Source: an uncultured Alistipes sp.
GTDB lineage: Bacteria; Bacteroidota; Bacteroidia; Bacteroidales; Rikenellaceae
DNA length: 64,000 nt
Reading direction: 5' to 3'
Assembly (NCBI GenBank): GCA_910587675.1
Contig: CAJUMU010000006.1
Location: 1,741 to 65,740, forward strand
The notes beneath the pieces were generated by a model. The model was not told the origin of the DNA and ran no database searches. It saw only the letters and a program-made list of their open reading frames with translations. The translations under genes and the position numbers were made by a program. Below are positions 9,269 to 16,428 of the stretch, in pieces (the stretch's first letter is position 1; every line of letters starts with the position of its first letter).

Positions 9269-9366
9269 AATCCTAATTTTTACGCAAAAATACTCTCAGC
9301 CCCTCCGAGGGGCGTTACATTTTTTTCAGAATAAGTTAACGGCGGCGCGACTCCCGCCGCCGACGG

Positions 9367-9927
9367 TCACAACTCGTCCAACGATCGGCGGTTCCGAACG
9401 CCCGAACGTTTGTAGACGCTCGGCGCGATTCCCGTTTCGCGCTTGAACTGCATGCTGAGGTGCGCGACGCTCGAATAACCCAGACGGAAAGCGATCTCGC
9501 CGAGCGTGAGTTAGTCGTATATCAACAACTCCTTGACGCGCTCGATCTTCTGCGCGATGAAATACTTCTCGACGGAACGCCCCTCGGTTTCGGAGAAGAG
9601 CGTGCTGATATATTTGTAATCGAGGTGCAGGCGATCCGACAGATATTCCGACAGAATCACGTCGGGCACGACCTCGTGGGAATAGATCAATTCGACTATG
9701 CCGTTCTTCACCGACGAGATTATCCGCGACCGCCGATCCTCCAAAAGTTCGAATCCCGACTTTTCGAGACGCGCCACAAGGGTGCGTTTGCGCTCGGCAT
9801 CCAAATCGCCGACGATCTCCGCCTCGCCCAACGTCACCGACATGACCTCGACGCCCGCGTGGGCCAACGCCTCGCGAACAGCCGCGATACAACGCGGGCA
9901 CACCATATTCTTTATATAGAGTTTCAT
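9367..9927 (-). pseudogene. HMA-like/AraC-family transcriptional regulator interrupted by an in-frame TAA (9511-9513)
   Basis: The N-terminal 138 aa (MKLYIKNMVCPRCIAAV.. ..KELLIYD) stop at TAA. The same frame continues LTLGEIAFRLGYSSVAHLSMQFKRETGIAPSVYKRSGVRNRRSLDEL to TGA at 9367-9369. That continuation is the second HTH of an AraC DNA-binding domain. Confidence 0.7.
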
Positions 9928-9964
9928 TCCTGAAGACGGTTTGTTTCAAACACAGCTTCTTACG

Positions 9965-10059
9965 GTTCGCCGTCGGCGGCAGGAGTGCGCGAGCCTCGGG
10001 CGAGCAGCAGTCCGCCGCGTGGGGCGGCGGCGAACTGCCGACATTGCACAGCAATGTCG
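9965..10059 (+). repeat. GC-rich intergenic element family A, copy 2
   Basis: GTTCGCCGTCGGCGG..GCAGTCCGCCGCGTGGGGCGGCGGCGAACTGCCGACAT, then hairpin CGACATTGC-ACA-GCAATGTCG. Confidence 0.85.
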
Positions 10060-10132
10060 AAAAGCATCCTTACAGCTTGCCTCCTATAAAAAAATTCGAG
10101 CCGCGACAGCTTGCGGCTCGAACCCTGTTTTA

Positions 10133-11524
10133 TCAGGCTTTGCCGTTCCTTATATATTCGTCGATGGCGCGCGCGGCCCGTCGCCCCGCACCCATTGCCA
10201 GAATGACGGTAGCGGCACCCGTTACGGCATCGCCGCCCGCGAAGACGCCCTTGCGGGTGGTGGCTCCCGCCTCGTCGGCCACGATACAGCCGCGGCGATT
10301 GGTCTCCAACCCCTCGGTCGTCTGCTTCAGCAGCGGATTGGGCGAGGTGCCCAACGCCATGATTACCACGTCGCACTCCAACTCGAAGTCGGAGCCCTCC
10401 TTCACCACGGGCGAACGGCGTCCGCTCTCGTCGGGCTCGCCCAACTCCATCTCCACGCAGTTCAGACCGCGCACCCAACCGTTATCGGTACCCAGCACGC
10501 GCGTGGGATTGGTGAGCATGCGGAACTCGATGCCTTCCTCCTTGGCGTGGTGCACCTCCTCGCGGCGCGCGGGCAGCTCGGCCTCGCTGCGTCGGTAGAT
10601 TATCGTCGCCTCCGCGCCCAGACGCTTGGCCGTACGCACGGCATCCATAGCCACGTTGCCGCCGCCGACGACAGCCACGCGCTTACCCACATAGATTGGC
10701 GTATCGTACCCCTCGTCGTACGCGCGCATGAGATTGGCGCGCGTCAGGAACTCGTTGGCCGAGACCACTCCGTTCAGGTTCTCGCCCTCGATGCCCATGA
10801 AACGCGGCAGACCCGCGCCCGAACCGATGAACACAGCGTCGAAACCCTCGTCGTCGAGCAGCGAATCGATGGTAATCGTACGCCCCACCACCACGTCGGT
10901 CTCAAATTTCACGCCCAACTCGCGCAACGAGTCGATCTCGCGCGCGACGATCCTCTCTTTCGGCAGACGGAACTCGGGAATGCCGTAAACCAGCACGCCG
11001 CCCAACTTATGCAACGCCTCGAACACCGTAACGTCGTATCCCGTCTTCGCCAGATCGCTCGCACAGGCCAGACCCGACGGGCCGCTGCCTATGACCGCCA
11101 CGCGATGGCCGTTCGCGGGAGCTTTGTCACAGCTCTTGCAGTCGTTTTCCAGACTCCAGTCGCCCACATACCGCTCCAACTTGCCGATAGCCACGGGCTC
11201 GCCCTTGATGCCGAGAATGCACGAACCCTCGCACTGCGTCTCCTGCGGGCATACGCGTCCACAGATGCTCGGCAGCGAGCTGTCCTCGGCTATGACGGCC
11301 GATGCCGCCGCCATGTCGCCCTCCAGCACCTTGCCGATGAAAGCGGGAATATTTATACCCACGGGGCACGCCGCGACGCATCGCGGGTTCTTGCACCCCA
11401 GACATCGCGAAGCCTCTGTGCGCGCCTCCTCGCCGTCGTACCCGTAACACACCTCGTCGAAATTGGTTGCACGCACGCGAGGATCCTGCTCGCGCACGCT
11501 CACGCGCGGAATCTTATTTGCCAT
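10133..11524 (-). CDS. nfnB: NfnB-like subunit (GltD-type NADPH-dependent oxidoreductase; NADH-dependent reduced ferredoxin:NADP+ oxidoreductase large subunit)
   Basis: 463 aa. Two Cys clusters (CLGCKNPRCVAACP, CGRVCPQETQCEGSC) and two dinucleotide folds (VAVIGSGPSGLA, VAVVGGGNVAMD). Overlaps the PyrK-like partner by 11 nt. Confidence 0.75.
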   Translation of the reverse strand: MANKIPRVSVREQDPRVRATNFDEVCYGYDGEEARTEASRCLGCKNPRCVAACPVGINIPAFIGKVLEGDMAAASAVIAEDSSLPSICGRVCPQETQCEGSCILGIKGEPVAIGKLERYVGDWSLENDCKSCDKAPANGHRVAVIGSGPSGLACASDLAKTGYDVTVFEALHKLGGVLVYGIPEFRLPKERIVAREIDSLRELGVKFETDVVVGRTITIDSLLDDEGFDAVFIGSGAGLPRFMGIEGENLNGVVSANEFLTRANLMRAYDEGYDTPIYVGKRVAVVGGGNVAMDAVRTAKRLGAEATIIYRRSEAELPARREEVHHAKEEGIEFRMLTNPTRVLGTDNGWVRGLNCVEMELGEPDESGRRSPVVKEGSDFELECDVVIMALGTSPNPLLKQTTEGLETNRRGCIVADEAGATTRKGVFAGGDAVTGAATVILAMGAGRRAARAIDEYIRNGKA

Positions 11525-12374
11525 AACAATCGCATTTATGTTTTTCGTTAGCCTGCGCCTCGTGCGAACGGTACATCGACTGGCGGCGCATAGCCTCGTC
11601 GAAGTCGACCTTATGGCCGTCGAACTCGGGACCGTCCACGCACGTGAAGAGCATACGGCCGTCCACGCTCACGCGGCAGGCTCCGCACATGCCCGTGCCG
11701 TCCACCATAAGCGCATTGAGCGACACCGTAGTGGGCAGCGAGTATTCGCGAGTCGTGAGGGTGACGAACTTCATCATTATCATCGGACCGATGGCCACGC
11801 ACTCGTCGTAATGTTTTCCCTCGGTCTCGATCAGCTCCTTGATCTTGCCCGTGACCATGCCTTTGAATCCGCGGCTGCCGTCGTCGGTGGCGATATAGAG
11901 ATTGTCGGCCACGGCCGCCATTTCGTCGGTATAGATCAGCATCGACTCGGTCTTCGCTCCGATAATCACATCGGCCGCAACGCCGTGTTCGTGCAGCCAC
12001 TTCACCTGCGGATAGACGGGAGCCGTGCCCACGCCGCCAGCGACGAACAGATAGCGGCGGTCGCGAAGCTCCTCCGACGACATCTTGACGAACTCGGAAG
12101 GATTGCCCAACGGACCCGCGAAATCGGCCAGACAATCGCCCTCGGCAAGGGCGCACATCTTGCGCGTCGACACGCCTATGGTCTGGATGACGATGGTGAC
12201 GGTGCCGTCGGCAGGATCGAAATCGGCGATGGTGAGCGGTACCCGCTCGCCCTGCTCGTCAACGCGAACGATGACGAACTGCCCCGGCAAAGCGCTTTGC
12301 GCCACTCGCGGAGCCTCTACCCGCAGCAGCCAGATATTTTCTGCGAGCGGTCTCTTCTCTACAATCTTAAACAT
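11514..12374 (-). CDS. nfnA: NfnA-like subunit (sulfide/dihydroorotate dehydrogenase-like FAD/NAD-binding protein)
   Basis: 286 aa. Ferredoxin-NADP reductase/PyrK-like fold with C-terminal 2Fe-2S Cys motif ..GTGMCGACRV..FTCVDGPEF.. Confidence 0.75.
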   Translation of the reverse strand: MFKIVEKRPLAENIWLLRVEAPRVAQSALPGQFVIVRVDEQGERVPLTIADFDPADGTVTIVIQTIGVSTRKMCALAEGDCLADFAGPLGNPSEFVKMSSEELRDRRYLFVAGGVGTAPVYPQVKWLHEHGVAADVIIGAKTESMLIYTDEMAAVADNLYIATDDGSRGFKGMVTGKIKELIETEGKHYDECVAIGPMIMMKFVTLTTREYSLPTTVSLNALMVDGTGMCGACRVSVDGRMLFTCVDGPEFDGHKVDFDEAMRRQSMYRSHEAQANEKHKCDCYGK

Positions 12375-12379
12375 AATAA

Positions 12380-12491
12380 ACGAGAGTTCTTAATATGAAC
12401 TCGGTATCGGGGTTAGTTTGCATGCGCCGCTTAATGGACGCAATCCTAAAAAATTTCAGTCAAGCGACGAGTTCATATTAAGAACTCTCGT
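12380..12491. repeat. Perfect 24-bp inverted repeat (12380-12403 / 12468-12491) with a 64-bp spacer, 6 nt upstream of the nfnA ATG
   Basis: ACGAGAGTTCTTAATATGAACTCG and its exact reverse complement. Each arm contains its own palindrome GAGTTC-N7-GAACTC. Confidence 0.9.
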
Positions 12492-12529
12492 CTATGCGAT
12501 TCCCAAATCGCGCCTTCAAAATCTCAGCA

Positions 12530-13702
12530 TTACTCGACCACGACAGCCGTCACACGCAACGTCTGCATCGGCCGCGACGGGTCGTCGGTGATGATTCTCA
12601 CGCGGTCGACCCATACGCCGTAATCGACCTCCGAGGTGTCGAGCGTGAATTTTACGACCGTCTTACCTCCCGCCGCGACGCGGTCGCCCGCCTTCAGAGA
12701 GCATTTCAAAGCCTTGCTTTGCCACTCCACGGCACGGATAACCAACTCATTGTCACCCATGTTAGACAATTCCAACGAAGCGTCGGCAACCATTCGGCCG
12801 TGTTTTACATCGCCAAATTTAATAAATTTTTTTGATAATTCGCCTTTCGGCGACGACATATCGTCCGCCGCCGTGTCGTGGCGATCGACGGCTATGGCGT
12901 GCACGCTCAACATGGTGCGAGCCCGCCGCCCGTCGATATCCACCCCCAGAACGTCGCTCAGGGTGCCGTAACGGTCGCTGTCGGAAAGCACCTCATAGGC
13001 AATGACGATGGCGCCTTTTTCGCCCGCCTTAAGCATTCGCGGCGCCTCAATGCGAAGCATGCCGCTCCGCTCCAACTCCTCGAACGACAACCGAACGTCG
13101 CGTCCCGAAGTATTGATCCACCCGATGCTCTCCTCCACCCTCTCGCCGCGACCGACGTATGCGAAGGCCCGAAAGTTGGAATCGAAACGCACTCCGCCGC
13201 CCATATCGAACGGATAAAGCTCCTCGGTGCTCTTCACGCGCGGAGTCACCACGCCCTCGACGAGCAGCGTCACGGGTTCGGTCGCCCCCGAGATCTGCAC
13301 CGATATGCCTTTCGAAAAGTGCCCGGGGCGGTTCATAGGATCGAACGACACGACGATCTCGCCCTTCTCACCCCGCATGACGGGTTTGCGCGAATACGAC
13401 GGCGTCGTGCAACCGCACCCCGACGCGACATCCAGAACGACGACGGGTTTGGACGAGACGTTCGTAAACACGAAAGTATGCTCGACCTTCCCTCCGTCCT
13501 CGGCCACATCGCCGAAATTCCACTTCTCATGATCGAAACGCACTGTCTGCGTCCCCTTGCCGCCGGCGGCAGACTCCTGCGACCGCGCAACCGACGGAAA
13601 CCCGAGCGCGCAAGCCGCCAACATCGTGACAAAAGCCACCGAAATCCGACTATTATATAATGTATATCCCATATCGGGAGCAAAGTTATATTTTTTTTGC
13701 AT
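12530..13702 (-). CDS. DUF1573 domain-containing protein (multi-domain, secreted)
   Basis: 390 aa with a hydrophobic N-terminus. DUF1573 signature ..HTFVFTNVSSKPVVVLDVASGCGCTTP.. Confidence 0.75.
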   Translation of the reverse strand: MQKKYNFAPDMGYTLYNSRISVAFVTMLAACALGFPSVARSQESAAGGKGTQTVRFDHEKWNFGDVAEDGGKVEHTFVFTNVSSKPVVVLDVASGCGCTTPSYSRKPVMRGEKGEIVVSFDPMNRPGHFSKGISVQISGATEPVTLLVEGVVTPRVKSTEELYPFDMGGGVRFDSNFRAFAYVGRGERVEESIGWINTSGRDVRLSFEELERSGMLRIEAPRMLKAGEKGAIVIAYEVLSDSDRYGTLSDVLGVDIDGRRARTMLSVHAIAVDRHDTAADDMSSPKGELSKKFIKFGDVKHGRMVADASLELSNMGDNELVIRAVEWQSKALKCSLKAGDRVAAGGKTVVKFTLDTSEVDYGVWVDRVRIITDDPSRPMQTLRVTAVVVE

Positions 13703-13717
13703 TTTTTTTGCGAATTA

Positions 13718-13749
13718 TTTGCACGAAAGAAAAATTGCCTCTATATTTG
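13718..13749 (+). promoter_or_regulatory. Bacteroidetes-type promoter for tRNA-Asn
   Basis: -33 TTTG (13718-13721), 20-nt spacer, -7 TATATTTG (13742-13749), 40 nt before the tRNA 5' end. Confidence 0.6.
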
Positions 13750-13788
13750 CACTCGCAAAACAGAACAAAACACAACGTTCTTTACAAA

Positions 13789-13862
13789 GCCTGAATAGCT
13801 CAGTTGGTTAGAGCACATGACTGTTAATCATGGGGTCCTAGGTTCAAGTCCTTGTTCAGGCG
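13789..13862 (+). tRNA. tRNA-Asn (GTT)
   Basis: 74 nt. Acceptor GCCTGAA/TTCAGGC, anticodon loop CTGTTAA, T-arm ..GGTTCAAGTCC... CCA not encoded. Confidence 0.9.
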
Positions 13863-13948
13863 CTTACGCGAAGGCTGCGACAGACTTCGTCGGAATCAAG
13901 AGTTCGTTCAACGAATTTCAAAATTCCTCGAAAAAAATCGCAAAAAGA

Positions 13949-13980
13949 TTTGCAGATATAAAAAACATTGCTTACCTTTG
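13949..13980 (+). promoter_or_regulatory. Bacteroidetes-type promoter for tRNA-Val
   Basis: -33 TTTG (13949-13952), 20-nt spacer, -7 TACCTTTG (13973-13980). Confidence 0.6.
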
Positions 13981-14001
13981 CAACGCCTTTAGTAATTAAA
14001 A

Positions 14002-14076
14002 GGGAGCTTAGCTCAGCTGGTTCAGAGCGTCTGCCTTACAAGCAGAGGGTCGGGGGTTCGAATCCCTCAGCTCCCA
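14002..14076 (+). tRNA. tRNA-Val (TAC)
   Basis: 75 nt. Acceptor GGGAGCT/AGCTCCC, anticodon stem TCTGC/GCAGA with loop CTTACAA, T-loop GGTTCGAATCC. Confidence 0.9.
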
Positions 14077-14082
14077 CAAGAA

Positions 14083-14120
14083 AACAAGCACTTACAATGA
14101 TGTAAGTGCTTGTTTCGTTT
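14083..14120 (+). terminator. Rho-independent terminator after tRNA-Val
   Basis: 14-bp stem AACAAGCACTTACA / TGTAAGTGCTTGTT, loop ATGA, then TCGTTT. Confidence 0.75.
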
Positions 14121-14186
14121 ACGGCAGATGTATTAAAAGCAGCGTATAATCGCCTACCGGCAAGGAGTGTCCTCGTGCCTCTCGGT

Positions 14187-14410
14187 TCAGAAAAATTCTT
14201 CCGCGTATTCAACCGTTCCGCCGACAGGGTCGGCATCATCCCTCAGGCGAATGCACATATAATATTCGGGCAAGAGATCGAACGGAGGGAAAATCCCGTA
14301 ATCTTGCGCCTTGACATATCCCGACAGAGCGTACCGGCATGAGCGAACGCCTCGCCCACCAACTCGCAAACGGCATCGTAATCGGCGGCGGTCTCCTCTC
14401 TTATTATCAT
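14187..14410 (-). pseudogene. Remnant of a GNAT (YhbS-like) N-acetyltransferase: N-terminal ~26 codons joined out of frame to the C-terminal ~45 codons
   Basis: From ATG at 14410, frame 1 reads MIIREETAADYDAVCELVGEAFAHAG.. then stops. A second frame reads ..GYVKAQDYGIFPPFDLLPEYYMCIRLRDDADPVGGTVEYAEEFF*, which is typical of a GNAT C-terminus. The central acetyl-CoA-binding core is missing. Confidence 0.5.
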
Positions 14411-14419
14411 ACCTCGAAT

Positions 14420-15460
14420 CTATTCGTTACAGTCTACAGCCACCTTTATAACCCCGTCGCGACGATTCTCGAAAAGATCATACGCTTCGTCGATCCGACT
14501 CAACGGGTAACGGTGCGTAATAAGCGGCGTGGTATCGATCTCCCCCGCCTCGATCATGCGGAGAATCTCGGCGCAGTCGCAACCGTCCACGCCTCCCGTC
14601 CTGAACGTGAGGTTTTTTCCGTACATGTCGGGGAGCGGCAACACCTGCGGTTTGTCGTAAAGCGCCACGACCGTTACGATCGCATTGGGACGCGCGCACT
14701 CCCACGCCAATCGGAACGTATCCTCCGCGCCCGCCGCCTCCAGCACCACATCGGCGCCGCCATGGTCGCTGTGCCGCATCACGAAATCGCGGCACTCCTC
14801 GGGCCCGACGACCGACACTCGGGGATAACGCTCGCGCACGAATCGTCGACGCTCGGGCGACTTCTCGCAAACGACAATGCGTTTCGGCCGCTTCGACATC
14901 GCGCAGAGCAACGTACAGATTCCCGTCGGTCCCGCGCCTATAAGCAGCACCGTATCCTCGGTCCCGATCTCCGAAATACGCGTCGCCCAATATCCCGTAG
15001 CCAGTATATCGCCCGTAAACAGAGCCTGCTCGTCGCTCACCGTATCGGGAATGCGGTTCAGCCCCTGATCGGCATAAGGCACACGGACATACTCGGCCTG
15101 CCCGCCGTCGATGCGGCAACCCAATGCCCAACCGCCGTTTCGGTCGACGCAGTTGTTCACATATCCGTGCCGGCAGAAGAAGCACTCGCCGCAGAAGGTC
15201 TCGACGTTGACCGTCACACGATCGCCCGCCCCGACATTACGCACCTGCGCCCCGACCTCCTCGACGATGCCGACCATCTCGTGACCGACGGTGATTCCCG
15301 AAACGGCACGAGGGACGCTGCCGTGCTTAATGTGCAAGTCGCTGGTGCAGATGCTCGCGAGCGTCACGCGAACGATGGCGTCGCGCGGATCTTGCAAAGC
15401 GGGTTTCGGCTTGTCGAGCAACGAGAAACGACCGCGTTCGATATAAGTGTAGGCTTTCAT
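14420..15460 (-). CDS. Zinc-dependent alcohol dehydrogenase family (MDR) oxidoreductase
   Basis: 346 aa. GHEMVGIVEEVG catalytic-Zn motif, structural-Zn Cys cluster CGECFFCRHGYVNNC, and LLIGAGPTG nucleotide fold. Confidence 0.85.
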   Translation of the reverse strand: MKAYTYIERGRFSLLDKPKPALQDPRDAIVRVTLASICTSDLHIKHGSVPRAVSGITVGHEMVGIVEEVGAQVRNVGAGDRVTVNVETFCGECFFCRHGYVNNCVDRNGGWALGCRIDGGQAEYVRVPYADQGLNRIPDTVSDEQALFTGDILATGYWATRISEIGTEDTVLLIGAGPTGICTLLCAMSKRPKRIVVCEKSPERRRFVRERYPRVSVVGPEECRDFVMRHSDHGGADVVLEAAGAEDTFRLAWECARPNAIVTVVALYDKPQVLPLPDMYGKNLTFRTGGVDGCDCAEILRMIEAGEIDTTPLITHRYPLSRIDEAYDLFENRRDGVIKVAVDCNE

Positions 15461-15500
15461 AACTCCGTTTTTACCGCAAATTTAGCAATTATCGACATCC

Positions 15501-16121
15501 CTACACCCGCAGACCGTTTATTTCCCGCTGCACCCGATCCAGAAAACGCGCGGCGTGCGCCCCGTCCATCTGCGTGTGGTGGAACTGAAACGAAACGGTA
15601 AGCGTCGTTTTCAGGAGATGCCGTTTGTACTTGCCCCATATCAGGAACGGATTGTTAAATACGCCGCTGTACATTCCCACCGCGCCGTCGATCTCATACC
15701 GCGCGAGAGCGGAGGTTCCTATGACCATGCTATCCGTCAAATCGTGGTTTTCGCACGATTCGGCGACCTGACGCGTGAGCCGCATATAATCGTCGTCGAA
15801 CTGCCTCAAATCGTCGGAAAAGGGGATATCGCACGAACTCACCTCGCCCCTGCGGTCGGCCACGATGGTGTTGACGGCGATCGTATCGTACCGCATCAAC
15901 TTGTCGCCGACGGGCAGCAGGTAGAACTCTTTCATGCCGCTCGCCGCACGACCGATGCACCAGCACATCGCCATGTTGAACTTCAAACCCTTTTTGCGGC
16001 TCAGACGCACGAGACGCGTCACGTCGAGCGTCTTGAAAAATGTCACCATCGGCATCGGCGCCTGCATCCACATCTCGAAAGCGTACGCGCGCGAAGTCTC
16101 TCGGGGATCGATTTCTTTCAT
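15501..16121 (-). CDS. Chloramphenicol O-acetyltransferase-like (type A CAT family) protein
   Basis: 206 aa. C-terminal ..VSFQFHHTQMDGAHAARF.. corresponds to the CAT catalytic HHxxxDG motif. Confidence 0.75.
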   Translation of the reverse strand: MKEIDPRETSRAYAFEMWMQAPMPMVTFFKTLDVTRLVRLSRKKGLKFNMAMCWCIGRAASGMKEFYLLPVGDKLMRYDTIAVNTIVADRRGEVSSCDIPFSDDLRQFDDDYMRLTRQVAESCENHDLTDSMVIGTSALARYEIDGAVGMYSGVFNNPFLIWGKYKRHLLKTTLTVSFQFHHTQMDGAHAARFLDRVQREINGLRV

Positions 16122-16151
16122 AAGTATGATATTTGAGAATTATTCGGCGGA

Positions 16152-16186
16152 TAAAAAATCCCGCCGAACTTGCGTTCAGCGGGATT
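16152..16186 (-). terminator. Rho-independent terminator after tRNA-Leu(GAG)
   Basis: Stem AATCCCGC (16157-16164) / GCGGGATT (16179-16186), with a T-run on the minus strand (plus-strand AAAAAA at 16153-16158). Confidence 0.55.
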
Positions 16187-16192
16187 CCAGAG

Positions 16193-16278
16193 TGCCCAGG
16201 ACAAGACTCGAACTTGCACGAACCTAATTGTTCACTACCCCCTCAAAGTAGCGTGTCTACCAATTTCACCACCTGGGC
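16193..16278 (-). tRNA. tRNA-Leu (GAG)
   Basis: 86-nt class II tRNA. 5' GCCCAGGTGGTGAAATTGGTAGACACG.., anticodon stem CTACT/GGTAG with loop TTGAGGG, long variable arm, ..GTTCGAGTCTTGTCCTGGGCA 3'. Confidence 0.85.
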
Positions 16279-16328
16279 TTTTCGTTTTAACAGAACTTCG
16301 GGAATCGTATTTCCCTTAAAAAGGTGTG

Positions 16329-16359
16329 CAAATATAGTCACTATTTCTTAAACTGCAAA
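16329..16359 (-). promoter_or_regulatory. Bacteroidetes-type promoter for tRNA-Leu(GAG)
   Basis: On the minus strand: -33 TTTG (16356-16359), 19-nt spacer, -7 TATATTTG (16329-16336). Confidence 0.6.
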
Positions 16360-16428
16360 ATTTTTCGGCAATAATACGTCAGAATAGATCATTTTTACGG
16401 CATCCGACCCGAAAAACGAATGCAGCGG

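Noticed and set aside
9290-9325. Hairpin GCCCCTC-CGA-GGGGC between the AraC remnant and the permease gene, considered as a relative of repeat family B
   Set aside because: It shares only the short CCCCTCCGAGG core. It is more simply a weak terminator or attenuator hairpin between two co-oriented genes.
9326-10054. 242-aa minus-strand ORF covering the AraC C-terminal region and repeat A copy 2
   Set aside because: It is out of frame with the recognisable AraC HTH and runs through a repeat element. The product is Arg/Gly-rich nonsense. The real signal is the interrupted regulator (9367-9927) plus the repeat.
14106-14342. 78-aa plus-strand ORF after tRNA-Val
   Set aside because: It begins inside the tRNA-Val terminator hairpin and is antisense to the GNAT remnant, which explains the open frame. 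No motif was seen.
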